Shown in pieces: positions 63,968 to 64,000 of a DNA stretch of 64,000 bases. The notes beneath the pieces were generated by a model, which searched no databases, had not been told where the DNA came from, and saw nothing but the letters and a program-made list of their open reading frames with translations. Numbering within the stretch: position 1 is the first letter of the stretch; the number at the start of each line of letters is the position of its first letter. A program made the position numbers and the translations under genes. Source of the stretch: Gammaproteobacteria bacterium (GTDB lineage Bacteria; Pseudomonadota; Gammaproteobacteria; SZUA-140); assembly GCA_016124415.1 (NCBI GenBank), contig WGNS01000002.1, positions 32,933 to 96,932 on the forward strand. Reading direction: 5' to 3'.

Positions 63968-64000
63968 GTATCATTCTCCTGTGTCCGATGTTCGGACGGC

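Overview
High-GC (about 63-65%) gammaproteobacterial chromosomal segment, almost entirely conserved housekeeping genes and including the replication-origin gene block. Features in order: pfkB-family kinase with an overlapping pentapeptide-repeat gene; uvrD; glutaredoxin; a secreted protein of unknown function plus a Bax-like glucosaminidase; a low-GC islet carrying a NodZ-like fucosyltransferase and a secreted S/D/R-rich repeat protein; an ECF sigma / zinc anti-sigma pair divergent from a 2-Cys peroxiredoxin; pilT; yggS-dnaA-dnaN-recF-gyrB with DnaA boxes and an AT-rich candidate oriC between dnaA and dnaN; glk-pgl; zapG; folA-thyA-lgt; DUF2062-comEC; exbB-exbD-msbA-lpxK-trm112-kdsB; LMW protein-tyrosine phosphatase; an orphan MCP; purT; DUF423; serS-cysG; a TrpD2-like protein; djlA; sspA-sspB; a GlcD-like FAD oxidase; dolP-yraN-lpoA divergent from rsmI; ClC channel; hemJ; priA preceded by an AT-rich DnaA-box cluster; a PyrK-like protein and hemH; moaABCDE followed by a Kelch protein, MoeB and an unusual rhodanese-ThiF fusion; HDOD protein; an alpha/beta hydrolase; pgeF; phoU. 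No rRNA, tRNA, CRISPR array, IS element or recognisable defence system was found by eye, and tRNAs were not scanned systematically. The most notable non-housekeeping signals are the candidate origin architecture, the fucosyltransferase/repeat-protein islet, and the sulfur-carrier E1 module next to the moa operon. Many long antisense ORFs in the six-frame track are high-GC artefacts.
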